This document shows positions 37,410 to 46,304 of a stretch of 64,000 bases of DNA, piece after piece. The DNA lies in assembly GCA_037442625.1 (NCBI GenBank), contig JBBIPX010000001.1, positions 2,499-66,498 on the forward strand, read 5' to 3'. The stretch is from Desulfobacteraceae bacterium (GTDB lineage Bacteria > Desulfobacterota > Desulfobacteria > Desulfobacterales > Desulfatirhabdiaceae). The notes below the pieces were generated by a model. It had not been told where the DNA came from and did not search any database. It saw nothing but the letters and a program-made list of their open reading frames with translations. The translations under genes and the position numbers were made by a program. How positions within the stretch are numbered: position 1 is the first letter of the stretch; every line of letters starts with the position of its first letter.

Positions 37410-39047
37410 CTAATTTATCAGAATATTATCGACCCTTATTACAAAGTCTTCCAGATTAAAGGGTTTATAAAGAACATCAATAAAACCGAATTCAGTAATA
37501 TCACCCAGCAGCGGATGGCCTTCGTGGCCGGTGATCATCATGATTTTCATGTCCGAGAGAACAGGATCATTTCTTATCACCCGGCAGACTTCAACGCCGT
37601 TCATTTCCGGCATAAACAGATCCATGACCAGAAGATCCGGGCGATGAGAGCCCAGGCGGATACAGGCTTCAATGCCGTTTGAGGCCTCCTCGACAATATA
37701 GGAGCGCCGCTGGACCAGAACCTCCCGCAGCATCTCACGGATCGTCGCATCGTCATCCACAACCAGGATGCGCATCGGTTTTCGCTTCAACACAGAGGGC
37801 AGAAGTACATGAAACGCGGCGCCCTTGCCCGGTTCGCTCTCAAAAGCGATGGACCCGCCATGGGATTTTATGAGGTTATAGGACACGGACAGCCCGAGTC
37901 CGGTTCCCCCTGTTTCCTGCTTATCCGTTATAAAAGGGTCAAAAAGTTTGCCTGCAATGGCCGGATTAACCCCTTTTCCATTGTCCGACACGCAGATCCG
38001 GATATCGCCGTCTTGGGGCTGAAACCGGGTGGAAATCCGGATCTTGCCGAAATCGTGTTCAATGGACTGGGCTGCATTGATGATCAGGTTCAGGATGACC
38101 TGTTCCATATTCTGGAGGTTACCAGATATGTTGGGAAGATCGTTTCCAAGATCCAGTTCAATTTCAACATTCAGTTTACGCAAGGTGGACTGCGAGAGCC
38201 GGATGGAATTTTCAATGGCGTGATTGATCTGGAGCGGAGATTTCTCCGACTGGGCCGAAAATCTTGAAAAGCTTTTCAGCCCGGTAACGATTGCCGCCAC
38301 CCGTTTTGCAGCCATGTCCATGTCGGATATAAGCTGAATCAGATGATGGTTGATAAAATCAAGCCGCAGGCCGCCGTATTTTTTCAGGGGATACCGCGCG
38401 GCCTGATCATTTAGAACCGGCAGGACATCGTGCCAGATTTTTTCCAGAAGAGGGATATTGTACATGATCAGATTGATCGGATTGTTGATTTCATGCGCAA
38501 CGCCCGCAATCAGCGCTCCCAGGGCCTCCATTTTCTGCGCCTGATACAATTGGTTCAATAACTGGCTGTGATCGGTAATATCTTGAATCGTTTCCATTGC
38601 ACCGACGACTTTACCGGATGCATCTCGAATCGCCGCCGCCATGAAATAGATATTGCGTTTTTGACCCTGAATAACCAGTTCATCCGAGGCCTCATAGGCA
38701 TCTAGAATGTCGGCGCATTGGGAAAGGTTTTTTTTCTCGTACCACCTTCGCATGGCGCTTTCATCCCCATCCAGAACAAGATCGATTAGAAGGGGGCGGT
38801 ATTGTCCGCTGTAAAATATTTTGGAATCCACGGGATGGTTCAAAGTTTTTTCTCTTTGAACTCCGGTCAGGATTTCACAGGCCCGGTTCCAGATAACCAC
38901 ATGATGATCCGTGTTGATGACAAATGTACAGATGGGCGTGCCGTCCATTATGGATGAAAGACAATCGCCTTCAAAGCAAAGGCAGAAGTCATGCGCCTGC
39001 CGGTCGGCGACATCCGGCGGATTTAAGATTTTCGGGAAATGGGGCAT
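37410..39047 (-). CDS. PAS-sensor hybrid histidine kinase with C-terminal receiver (FlrB/FleS-like position)
   Basis: H-box AHEINNPIN, N/G boxes (DNGKG, GGTGLGLS) and a C-terminal REC domain (ILVVDDD...LLVMDLFMPEMNG). Confidence 0.85.
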   Translation of the reverse strand: MPHFPKILNPPDVADRQAHDFCLCFEGDCLSSIMDGTPICTFVINTDHHVVIWNRACEILTGVQREKTLNHPVDSKIFYSGQYRPLLIDLVLDGDESAMRRWYEKKNLSQCADILDAYEASDELVIQGQKRNIYFMAAAIRDASGKVVGAMETIQDITDHSQLLNQLYQAQKMEALGALIAGVAHEINNPINLIMYNIPLLEKIWHDVLPVLNDQAARYPLKKYGGLRLDFINHHLIQLISDMDMAAKRVAAIVTGLKSFSRFSAQSEKSPLQINHAIENSIRLSQSTLRKLNVEIELDLGNDLPNISGNLQNMEQVILNLIINAAQSIEHDFGKIRISTRFQPQDGDIRICVSDNGKGVNPAIAGKLFDPFITDKQETGGTGLGLSVSYNLIKSHGGSIAFESEPGKGAAFHVLLPSVLKRKPMRILVVDDDATIREMLREVLVQRRSYIVEEASNGIEACIRLGSHRPDLLVMDLFMPEMNGVEVCRVIRNDPVLSDMKIMMITGHEGHPLLGDITEFGFIDVLYKPFNLEDFVIRVDNILIN

Positions 39048-39093
39048 TATTGTCGGATCCTCGGCGTCACATGCGAATATTGAGTTTTCCGAT

Positions 39094-39120
39094 ATTATAA
39101 CATACGGTTTTTCAAATCAA
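39094..39120 (-). promoter_or_regulatory. Possible sigma-70 promoter of the kinase/regulator operon (TTGATT-N15-TATAAT)
   Basis: -10 TATAAT at 39094-39099 and -35 TTGATT at 39115-39120, both on the minus strand. The spacer is short. Confidence 0.3.
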
Positions 39121-39197
39121 CCTCATTCAGATGCATGAAGCCATGGTATGAATCATTCTGCCTGTTTTGCGGTTGAATTCCAGCCGGATTTTATAAT

Positions 39198-39224
39198 TCA
39201 AGTTTTTCTTCGGACTGCCGATAA
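39198..39224 (+). promoter_or_regulatory. Sigma-28 (FliA) promoter upstream of cheW
   Basis: TCAAGTTT-N11-GCCGATAA against the consensus TAAAGTTT-N11-GCCGATAA. The -10 is perfect and the spacing exact. The leader to the cheW ATG is about 220 nt. Confidence 0.65.
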
Positions 39225-39453
39225 ATAGGATCAAGCAGCCTGGATGCTTCAATTGCGGTGCGGCGGTTTCAGCCGTTCGCACAAGGTTTCAACCAATTGA
39301 GTTAATTTCAAAACCCGATTGACCAGTGCTCTTGATGCAGGTTCGGATCATCATCCGCAAAATGCCCGACAACACCCGTACAGGCGTGAAAGTCCCAAAT
39401 CCGCAAGACAAAGGCATGTCTTAAGACGCAACCCCGAATCGGGAGAATCATCT

Positions 39454-39972
39454 ATGGAAAATGATGCAGCCGGAACATTGAATCAAAACCGATCGGCCCT
39501 TGCCGATCGTGAAGGCAAGTACCTGACATTCACACTGGCCAGCGAAGACTATGGCATCGGAATTCTAAAAATCAAGGAAATCATTGGAATGATGCCGATC
39601 ACTTCGGTTCCCCAGACCCCTTCCCATGTCAAAGGCGTGGTCAATCTGAGGGGCAAGGTTATACCGGTAGTGGATCTTCGGTTGAAATTCGGGATACCGG
39701 CTATCGACTACACGGAGCGAACCTGCATTATCGTGGTGGAGATTTCGGGTCAATCCGGCTCAGTCAAAATCGGCATTGTCGTGGATGCCGTTTCGGAGGT
39801 CCTCAATATCAAGGGAGAGGATGTTGAGGATACTCCGGCCTTTGGAGCCCGTGTCAATACCGATTATATTTTGGGAATGGCGAAAATAGGAGGCTCTGTT
39901 AAAATTCTTCTGAACATCGACAAGGTCTTAAGCACCCAGGACGTGGTTGCTCTTGAAAAAGGAGCCTCATAA
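39454..39972 (+). CDS. cheW: Chemotaxis coupling protein CheW
   Basis: KYLTFTLASEDYGIGILKIKEIIGM...VKGVVNLRGKVIPVVDLR. The ATG at 39454 follows GGGAGA. I rejected the ORF-track TTG at 39319. Confidence 0.9.
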   Translation: MENDAAGTLNQNRSALADREGKYLTFTLASEDYGIGILKIKEIIGMMPITSVPQTPSHVKGVVNLRGKVIPVVDLRLKFGIPAIDYTERTCIIVVEISGQSGSVKIGIVVDAVSEVLNIKGEDVEDTPAFGARVNTDYILGMAKIGGSVKILLNIDKVLSTQDVVALEKGAS

Positions 39973-40293
39973 CCCCTGCGGCCGCAATGGGTTATCACAC
40001 CCGTGTGAGTCTCAAAAAGAAATCCCGCGAACAGCATTTGCAAAAAGACATGGAGGTCTTGGTGAAAACAAATTTAAACACGATATTTTTTCTGTACGCC
40101 CATCTCCCCAAAAAATCGACTCCCCTTTCCGGACCAGGCACCGGCAACAAAACGTGTGACGACAGAATAACGACGATGATCTCGCGCCAACTGATCTACG
40201 AATCCACGGCGGAAGATGTTTTCTGGGTTCTGCATACAAAACTTCAGGGGAAAAGGCAGTTGGAATGCTTGAACTGAAACCGTAAGGGGGGAA

Positions 40294-40494
40294 TTATTGA
40301 AGACGGCGGTCAACAAACCGACGCTGCTTATCCTTGCCGACAAACAACTGACAGGTTTTTCCGGATGAATTCCGTTCCACCACGCTGCCGGGTATTTCAC
40401 GGCTTTTAAACTGAAAAGCCTTGCAGCCGTGAGGCTGTAACTTATCCCAGGTAATATAATAATGCACGCAGTGCTGGCACCCGGCAATCGTCAT
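40294..40494 (-). CDS. Small conserved-looking Cys-rich protein (CxxC...C...C)
   Basis: MTIAGCQHCVHYYITWDKLQPHGCKAFQFKSREIPG...SGKTCQLF. The ATG overlaps the stop of the upstream CheD-like gene (ATGA). It resembles a small family that I recall being mis-annotated in databases. Confidence 0.55.
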   Translation of the reverse strand: MTIAGCQHCVHYYITWDKLQPHGCKAFQFKSREIPGSVVERNSSGKTCQLFVGKDKQRRFVDRRLQ

Positions 40495-41015
40495 GGAATC
40501 CTGTCATCCTCGTAAGGATACCAGTCCGACTTTCGAAGTTTTTCAACTTTCAGTATGGCGATTTCATTGGTATGGGTGGAATAAACAATTTTGCGCCCCT
40601 TGCTTCCCCCGATATCCTCCGATGTCACGGCAATTTTTTCTCTGGTCAATATCCTGCGGGCGATCCGGATGTTTTCCCGCCCCATGTTCTGCTGCGACAA
40701 TTCCGGATTGTGGGCGCCGCCGACAATCTGCGCCTCAAGGTTCTTCATTTTGGAACCATCTTCCACCATCATTCGAATCAACGTCCGGACTGCCACATTG
40801 CCAAAACGGGTCGTCGTTTTTCCTTTTTCGCGGATCAGCGGAAACAAAAAGCTGTTCATGCCGCCCACCTTGCGTTTGCGATCATACAGACAGACCGAAA
40901 CGCCGGAGCCCAGAACAGCGGAAATAACCGTCGGGCTTGAGGGTAAGACCACAAATCCAGGTTCCAGGAAATAATTTGTCGGTGTCAGCGCCTGAGAGGA
41001 ATCACCCATGATCAT
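40491..41015 (-). CDS. CheD-family protein lacking the catalytic Cys/His (probable pseudo-deamidase)
   Basis: CheD fold signatures are present, but LGSGVSV replaces LGSC and GGMNSFLFP replaces GG..H..LP. Compare the canonical copy at 49189-49662. Confidence 0.75.
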   Translation of the reverse strand: MIMGDSSQALTPTNYFLEPGFVVLPSSPTVISAVLGSGVSVCLYDRKRKVGGMNSFLFPLIREKGKTTTRFGNVAVRTLIRMMVEDGSKMKNLEAQIVGGAHNPELSQQNMGRENIRIARRILTREKIAVTSEDIGGSKGRKIVYSTHTNEIAILKVEKLRKSDWYPYEDDRIP

Positions 41016-41473
41016 TTTCGTTTATCGACGACAATTCCCATATTGTTCAGCATCTGCCAGGCTTTTTCCCTGTCCGACTCGCTTCTGGAGTTTGATCCGG
41101 AGACAATGACGGCCTGAATAACATCATCGCTGAAGCCGGCCCGCTTCAGTTCGATGATATCGGCCGCCGTTGACATGCTGACCGGCTTGACGTCCTGACC
41201 ATATACCACCGGCGAGCGGTTTTTGAGAAATGAACCCTCCGAAATCAGCGTCTGCAGCGTTTTCTCCGAAAGTTTGGCCTTGGTTTTGAGGTCGATCAGT
41301 TCCTGAACGGTGAATGCGCAGGTTTCAATGATTTTTTCCTTGACGATCAACTGAATCGTATCCGCGCCCAGCCCCGCCTTATTGAGTCGCTGGATGTCTT
41401 CACCGCTGATCCCCCATCCATTGGTGGCGGATATAAGAGAAATCCCCAGAATTGTCCAGAATATTTTTTTCAT
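41012..41473 (-). CDS. Secreted protein with three approximately 25-aa (D/E)(I/L)IxLxxAGxxxxxIQxxI repeats
   Basis: It has a Sec signal peptide, MKKIFWTILGISLISATNG. The repeats are GEDIQRLNKAGLGADTIQLIV, VQELIDLKTKAKLSEKTLQTLI and AADIIELKRAGFSDDVIQAVIV. Confidence 0.6.
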   Translation of the reverse strand: MKKIFWTILGISLISATNGWGISGEDIQRLNKAGLGADTIQLIVKEKIIETCAFTVQELIDLKTKAKLSEKTLQTLISEGSFLKNRSPVVYGQDVKPVSMSTAADIIELKRAGFSDDVIQAVIVSGSNSRSESDREKAWQMLNNMGIVVDKRK

Positions 41474-41477
41474 GGGC

Positions 41478-42359
41478 CTACTTCAGATAATCCAGAAGAC
41501 TGGGTTGAATGATTTTGGCTGTCGAGGACAAGGACGCTTGATACGCCGTTTGCTGAGCGGTCAAATCCATTGCGGCCTTGGTAATATCCAGGTCTTCCGT
41601 ATCCGAGAGCATTTTTTGGACATTGATCTTGAAGTCGGTCCAATGGGATAGGGTCGAATCCAGCCGGTTCAATCGGGCGCCGATATCGGCCCGTTCATTG
41701 GTGACCTGGGTAAGCGATTGATCCAGGGGATCCAACTGATTGGAAATGGCAGCCGTGTCATTGGCGTTCAAACCCGCAATCAGATTCGTCAACACCACAA
41801 CCGGATCAACACCATTGCTGAATGCCTGCTTCCCGCTGACGGCCATGTCCATCGTGACTCCGTCGGCGACCATCACCGAAACCCCGCCCGCATCTCCCTG
41901 AAACGTTCCCGGATTGGCGGGGTCATACGGCGGTGCATCGGTTCTGCGGCCCCCGAACATATAGCGGTCTCCCTGCTTGGTATTGGCCAGTTGGACAAGT
42001 TGATCCCGGATCTGCTGAACTTCCGCGGCTGCATTTTTACGGGTATCCGCACTGGCTGTACCGGTTGCCTGGGACAGGGCCAGCTCCTTGGCCCGGTTCA
42101 ACAGATTGCCGATATCCGAGAGCGTGGAATCCCCGGCTTCCAGACCGGATTGGGCCTGGGAAACGTTTCTGCCGTACTGATCGATCGTATCCAGCGTCTT
42201 TCGGTAGTCCAGAACTTTTGCCATTCCGACCGGATCATCCGACGCCTGGTTGATCCGCTTTCCGGATGAGATCTGGCTTTGGGTGTTCGTCATTTTTTCA
42301 ATATTATTCGACAACCTGCTATTGACCTGATTGGTGATCATTTGTTGGGTAATTCGCAT
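41478..42359 (-). CDS. flgL: Flagellar hook-associated protein 3
   Basis: MRITQQMITNQVNSRLSNN...SSGKRINQASDDPVG (flagellin-N type) and a conserved C-terminus. GAGGAG RBS. Confidence 0.85.
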   Translation of the reverse strand: MRITQQMITNQVNSRLSNNIEKMTNTQSQISSGKRINQASDDPVGMAKVLDYRKTLDTIDQYGRNVSQAQSGLEAGDSTLSDIGNLLNRAKELALSQATGTASADTRKNAAAEVQQIRDQLVQLANTKQGDRYMFGGRRTDAPPYDPANPGTFQGDAGGVSVMVADGVTMDMAVSGKQAFSNGVDPVVVLTNLIAGLNANDTAAISNQLDPLDQSLTQVTNERADIGARLNRLDSTLSHWTDFKINVQKMLSDTEDLDITKAAMDLTAQQTAYQASLSSTAKIIQPSLLDYLK

Positions 42360-42371
42360 CAGGCGATCTCC

Positions 42372-43211
42372 TCATTTGACAACATTGATTTTTCCCTTCA
42401 GATTGCTCACCGTTTCCAGGGTCTTTTCCTTGTATTGATAAAACATCAGGATACTGATCCGGCGGTTCCTGGGGTCATAAAGATTGCTTTTATTAAGCGG
42501 TTCGGTTGCGGCATAGCCGGTTACCCGCATCAGCATCTCCGGCGGCAGACCGTCCCGCTCCAGTTCTTTTCGGGCCACTGAAGCCCTTTCGGTTGAAAGC
42601 TCCCAGTTGCTGTATTTGCTGGCAGCCGCATAGTTCAGCGCATCCGTATGCCCTTCGATGGCAATCTTGCGGTTGCTGCCGACGATGGCAGGGGAAATGG
42701 TTTTCAGTATCCGCTTGCCGTTTGCCGAAATTTCAGCGCTGCCCAGCGGAAACATGGTCCCGGTTTCCTTGTCCAGTATCTCCACCCGGACAGCACCTTC
42801 AAACGTATCGATGATGATCTGGTCCTTGAAATCATTCAGCTTGGTCTCAATTTCCTTTTTCAGGTGCTCGCTTAATGTCTCCGCGCTTTCAAGCGCCTTT
42901 TTTTCATCATCCTCAATCTGGAGCGACAACTCGGGCTTTCCAGTCGCCTGATCATCCATCAAACTGACCTTGGGTGTAATTTTGGTTTCAACAAAAGATA
43001 ACCCGGACTTATCAAACACATTAAAATGTTTGAAATAATAGGATATACCTGCTCTCTTTTCGGGGGAAACCATGGCAAGCAGCCACATGAGGAGGAAAAA
43101 AGCCATCATGGCGGTTACAAAATCGGCGTAAGCCACCTTCCAGGCACCGCCGTGCCCGCCGCCGTGCCCTTTCTTACCGACCTTCTTGATGATTACTGGT
43201 TGCCCTTCCAA
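42372..43211 (-). CDS. motB: Flagellar stator protein MotB (OmpA-like C-terminus)
   Basis: GGAWKVAYADFVTAMMAFFLLMWLL plug/TM region and a C-terminal OmpA-like domain (IEGHTD...SNWELSTERA). The TTG start overlaps motA by 19 nt. Confidence 0.85.
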   Translation of the reverse strand: MEGQPVIIKKVGKKGHGGGHGGAWKVAYADFVTAMMAFFLLMWLLAMVSPEKRAGISYYFKHFNVFDKSGLSFVETKITPKVSLMDDQATGKPELSLQIEDDEKKALESAETLSEHLKKEIETKLNDFKDQIIIDTFEGAVRVEILDKETGTMFPLGSAEISANGKRILKTISPAIVGSNRKIAIEGHTDALNYAAASKYSNWELSTERASVARKELERDGLPPEMLMRVTGYAATEPLNKSNLYDPRNRRISILMFYQYKEKTLETVSNLKGKINVVK

Positions 43212-44056
43212 TTCTTGATTTCCTCATTGAGTTCTTCAAAACCGGGCCGGTCCGCGGATGGGATAGCCCTTCTGGCGGACTCCACGGCCGACTGGGGAGC
43301 AGCTCCGCCGGCCATGGCCAGAATCGCTGTTTTTATGACGTTCAGATAGGCTTCATGCTCCTTGGCCCTACCCTCGAGATTGGTTGCCATGGGCCCCACA
43401 AATCCATAGCTTAGTAGAATTCCCAGAAATGTTCCCAGCAGGGCCGCCCCGATACTGTGCCCCAGAACTTCCGGCGGTTCGCTGATTTTTCCCATTGTCA
43501 AAACCACGCCCAGAACACAGGCAACAATCCCCAGGGCGGGCAGGCCGTCCGAAATTTTTGACATGGCCGCAGAAGGAATCATCGCGTCATGCTCCTGGGC
43601 CGCCATATCGATTTCCATTAAATTTTCAAGTTCATGGGGGGTCATGTTGGAAGAAATAATGGTCCGAAAATTATCACAGATAAAATCCACCGTTGAAGCG
43701 CTTTTAACAACAGTGGGATATTTTTTGAACACCTCGCTCTCATCCGGGTGATCGATATCCGATTCAATGGCCAGAAATCCTTCCCGCTTGACTTTGAAAA
43801 ATATTTCATTCAGCAGCAGCAGCAGTTCAACATAGGCTTTTTTGTCATTTTCATGGCCGCCGAATATCCCGCCGACCGCCTTCAAGGTCAGGGAAATCGT
43901 TTTTTTGGAAGATGCAATAATAAACGTGCCAAAAGCCGATCCGCCGATGATGACCAGTTCCGCAGGTTGATACAGCACGCTGAAATGGCCATGCTCCATC
44001 ATATACCCCCCTGCGATGGCTCCGATTACAACAATAATCCCGATTGCAACATACAT
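43193..44056 (-). CDS. motA: Flagellar stator protein MotA
   Basis: 287 aa with four TM helices and the typical MotA/TolQ/ExbB channel region (ALLGTFLGILLSYGFVGP). Confidence 0.9.
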   Translation of the reverse strand: MYVAIGIIVVIGAIAGGYMMEHGHFSVLYQPAELVIIGGSAFGTFIIASSKKTISLTLKAVGGIFGGHENDKKAYVELLLLLNEIFFKVKREGFLAIESDIDHPDESEVFKKYPTVVKSASTVDFICDNFRTIISSNMTPHELENLMEIDMAAQEHDAMIPSAAMSKISDGLPALGIVACVLGVVLTMGKISEPPEVLGHSIGAALLGTFLGILLSYGFVGPMATNLEGRAKEHEAYLNVIKTAILAMAGGAAPQSAVESARRAIPSADRPGFEELNEEIKNWKGNQ

Positions 44057-44107
44057 GGGCTAATTCATCCTGTTGGTTTGTCTGGGCCTGGAAAGAGCCC
44101 CGACCTG

Positions 44108-44143
44108 CCTTCATGCCGAGTTTATTCCGAAACTGCATGAAGG
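44108..44143 (-). other. Strong intercistronic stem-loop upstream of motA
   Basis: CCTTCATGC (44108-44116) pairs with GCATGAAGG (44135-44143), and an inner AGTTT/AAACT pairing extends it to about 14 bp. No T-run follows. Confidence 0.5.
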
Positions 44144-44183
44144 ATTCAATGAATTTGAACAGTGTCAAAATTCCGGCAACAAT

Positions 44184-44759
44184 TCATGAAACGGATTTCG
44201 GACTGCCCGTTTTTGATTGCTGCCTTAGTTTTCGGACAATTTCCCGCTGGCGGTTCAGCAGATAATATCCCATTAACTGTTTCACATCATCCGCCATTTC
44301 CGAATATTGAATCCATATTTCATTCTGTTCCGGCATAATGCTTCTGTTCCGCGACACGCTTCCGTACAAAATGATCCATACCGGCGTGTTCAAGGGCAGT
44401 TGCATTTTGATTTCAACAAAATCGCCGGCCGCGAAATCATCCGGCGTCAAAATCCGGATATCCTCCTCACTTAAGGACAAGTGCCGATTCTGGGCCTGAC
44501 TGAATCCGTCGCTGCTCTGAATCAGCTTCTCAAGGATCAAATTCAATTTGGCGTCAATGGAAATCAGTTTTTTCCATAGCCTGGGATTGATGGTCTCATC
44601 CGGCAGATCTTCTTCCAGAACAGAAATTCCGATCCCGGAATAGAATCCCGAATAAATTTTGGCTTTGGTGCATGAAATGTCCTCAATTTTTTTTAAGGCG
44701 ATCAAAAGGACATCTTCTACCCGAAAGGATGTTGGATTCTCAACTGAATGTTCGTCCAT
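44184..44759 (-). CDS. Hypothetical protein, possibly a non-canonical PilZ-like protein, upstream of motAB
   Basis: 191 aa with a beta-rich C-terminal half (GDFVEIKMQLP...WIILYGSV). It lacks a canonical RxxxR...(D/N)xSxxG pair. An RxxxR (REIVR) occurs only in the C-terminal helix. Confidence 0.5.
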   Translation of the reverse strand: MDEHSVENPTSFRVEDVLLIALKKIEDISCTKAKIYSGFYSGIGISVLEEDLPDETINPRLWKKLISIDAKLNLILEKLIQSSDGFSQAQNRHLSLSEEDIRILTPDDFAAGDFVEIKMQLPLNTPVWIILYGSVSRNRSIMPEQNEIWIQYSEMADDVKQLMGYYLLNRQREIVRKLRQQSKTGSPKSVS

Positions 44760-44830
44760 AATGCGTCTCTGTTTTCAATAAAAGGCCCTGAACAATGCGA
44801 TGGAAACGGCGGATTTCAGGCTTGCGGTTT

Positions 44831-46243
44831 TTATTGCACCATGTTGATAACGGTATCCATCATCTGCTTGACGGTATCCACCAGCTTTGCGGCAGCCGAA
44901 TACCCCTGCTGGAATTTAACCAGATTCACCATTTCTTCATCAAGAGAAACCCCGGAAACAGACTCCCGGTAATTCACCAACTGGTCAACCGTTGCGGTGT
45001 GATGCGTCAGATTCATCGAAGCGTTCTGGACATCGCTGCCGACCCTTGCGACCAGGGTATTGTAAAATGTGCCAAATGTCGTTGAACCACCGGTCATCGT
45101 CAGTGTGTTCTGCAATCCGGCTATTTTAACGGCCTGGGAGTTGTCGCCCTTTATGAGTCCCGCCGCAACAGTTCCGCCGGCGGCGGCAATTTTATTGACA
45201 TCGTCTAGAATGGTCTGGTTCACCTGAATGGTCGAGGCGGAACTGCCGGAAAAAAAATCATTTCCGGTGGGAGATCCCGTACCATCCAGCCCCTGGCCTG
45301 CGGCGTGAAGCGCATTGACCTGATCAATGATTTGCCCGGCCAATTTATCCAGTTGGTCTTTATATGCCGGGACAAGGGTATCCCGGACATCCAACCATCC
45401 GCTTAAATTCCCGGCAGTGATATTCTTTGCATCGATGACGACAGGCGCGCCCGAACCCGTATCCCATGCAATATCGTTAAACCCGGTTGCGGCGTTCTTG
45501 GAAGTGGTCAGTTTCCCGAACGGCGAGCTGCCTACCAGATCGTTGCCATCTCCAAGGGTGATCGTCACGCGTCCCTGCGAATCCTCTTTGGTCGTAAAAT
45601 TTATTTTTTCAGCCAACTGATTGATCAGCACATCCCGTTGATCCCGGAAATCATTGGCTGTACTGCCGTTCATTTCCATCTGTACGATTTTATCATTCAG
45701 GTCCGAAATATTGGAAGCCAGGGTATTGATTTCACCCGTTGCAGCCGTGATACGGCCATCCATATCACTTTGGACTTGATCAAGAGACTGGTATTTTTCC
45801 TTAAAATTGGAAGCCATGTCCTGGCTTGCAGTCACAAGCGCTTTTCGTTCCGCATAGCCGGAAGGATTCAGGGTCAGATCCTGCCAGGAATTCCAGAATT
45901 TGCTCATGTGCTGGCTCAGGCCATCCCCGGAAGCTTCATCAAAAATAATCTGCACCTGCTGCATCGACTGATTCTCGGCCGTCCATGTGCCTTTTTGTTG
46001 CGTCTCCTGCTGAATGCTCACATTCAGGAACTGGTCGTATGAGCGGACGATCCCTTTATCCGTCACCCCGGCGCCGATGGGCCCCCGGGAGGATTCAATC
46101 ACCTTGTTCTCCAGAATGACGTGCTGCCGGGAATACCCTGTCGTGTTTACGTTGGCGATATTCTGACCGGTTACGGAGATGGCCAACTGCTGGGCCATCA
46201 GGGCGTCTCTTCCGATATACAGTGATGCGTTCAAACCTGTCAT
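44831..46243 (-). CDS. flgK: Flagellar hook-associated protein 1
   Basis: The N-terminus MTGLNASLYIGRDALMAQQLAISVTGQNIANVNTTGYSRQ and the C-terminal VSLDEEMVNLVKFQQGYSAAAKL are FlgK hallmarks. Confidence 0.9.
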   Translation of the reverse strand: MTGLNASLYIGRDALMAQQLAISVTGQNIANVNTTGYSRQHVILENKVIESSRGPIGAGVTDKGIVRSYDQFLNVSIQQETQQKGTWTAENQSMQQVQIIFDEASGDGLSQHMSKFWNSWQDLTLNPSGYAERKALVTASQDMASNFKEKYQSLDQVQSDMDGRITAATGEINTLASNISDLNDKIVQMEMNGSTANDFRDQRDVLINQLAEKINFTTKEDSQGRVTITLGDGNDLVGSSPFGKLTTSKNAATGFNDIAWDTGSGAPVVIDAKNITAGNLSGWLDVRDTLVPAYKDQLDKLAGQIIDQVNALHAAGQGLDGTGSPTGNDFFSGSSASTIQVNQTILDDVNKIAAAGGTVAAGLIKGDNSQAVKIAGLQNTLTMTGGSTTFGTFYNTLVARVGSDVQNASMNLTHHTATVDQLVNYRESVSGVSLDEEMVNLVKFQQGYSAAAKLVDTVKQMMDTVINMVQ

Positions 46244-46304
46244 GGCAAAAACCTTTCAAGATGCGCTTTGAATTGCAGGGCATCGCCCGCTGCCGACATT
46301 CGGA

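Noticed and set aside
39987-40277. 96-aa ORF in the 320-nt convergent gap after cheW
   Set aside because: It has no ribosome-binding site, an odd composition and no motif. I could not find a promoter/terminator pair or a convincing RNA structure there either, so the gap remains unexplained rather than annotated.
40074-40487. 137-aa minus-strand ORF overlapping the 66-aa Cys-rich ORF in another frame
   Set aside because: The 66-aa frame is translationally coupled to the upstream gene (ATGA) and has a conserved-looking Cys pattern. The 137-aa frame has neither feature.
43913-43931. TGGCACGTTTATTATTGCA on the minus strand inside motA
   Set aside because: The GG-to-GC spacing is 3 nt too long for sigma-54, and the site is internal to a coding region.
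46274-46290. Sigma-54-like element upstream of flgK (GCGGGCGATGCCCTGCA on the minus strand)
   Set aside because: Only the GG and TGCA core bases match, and the -24 region is poor (CGGGCG against TGGCAC). This is too weak to call.
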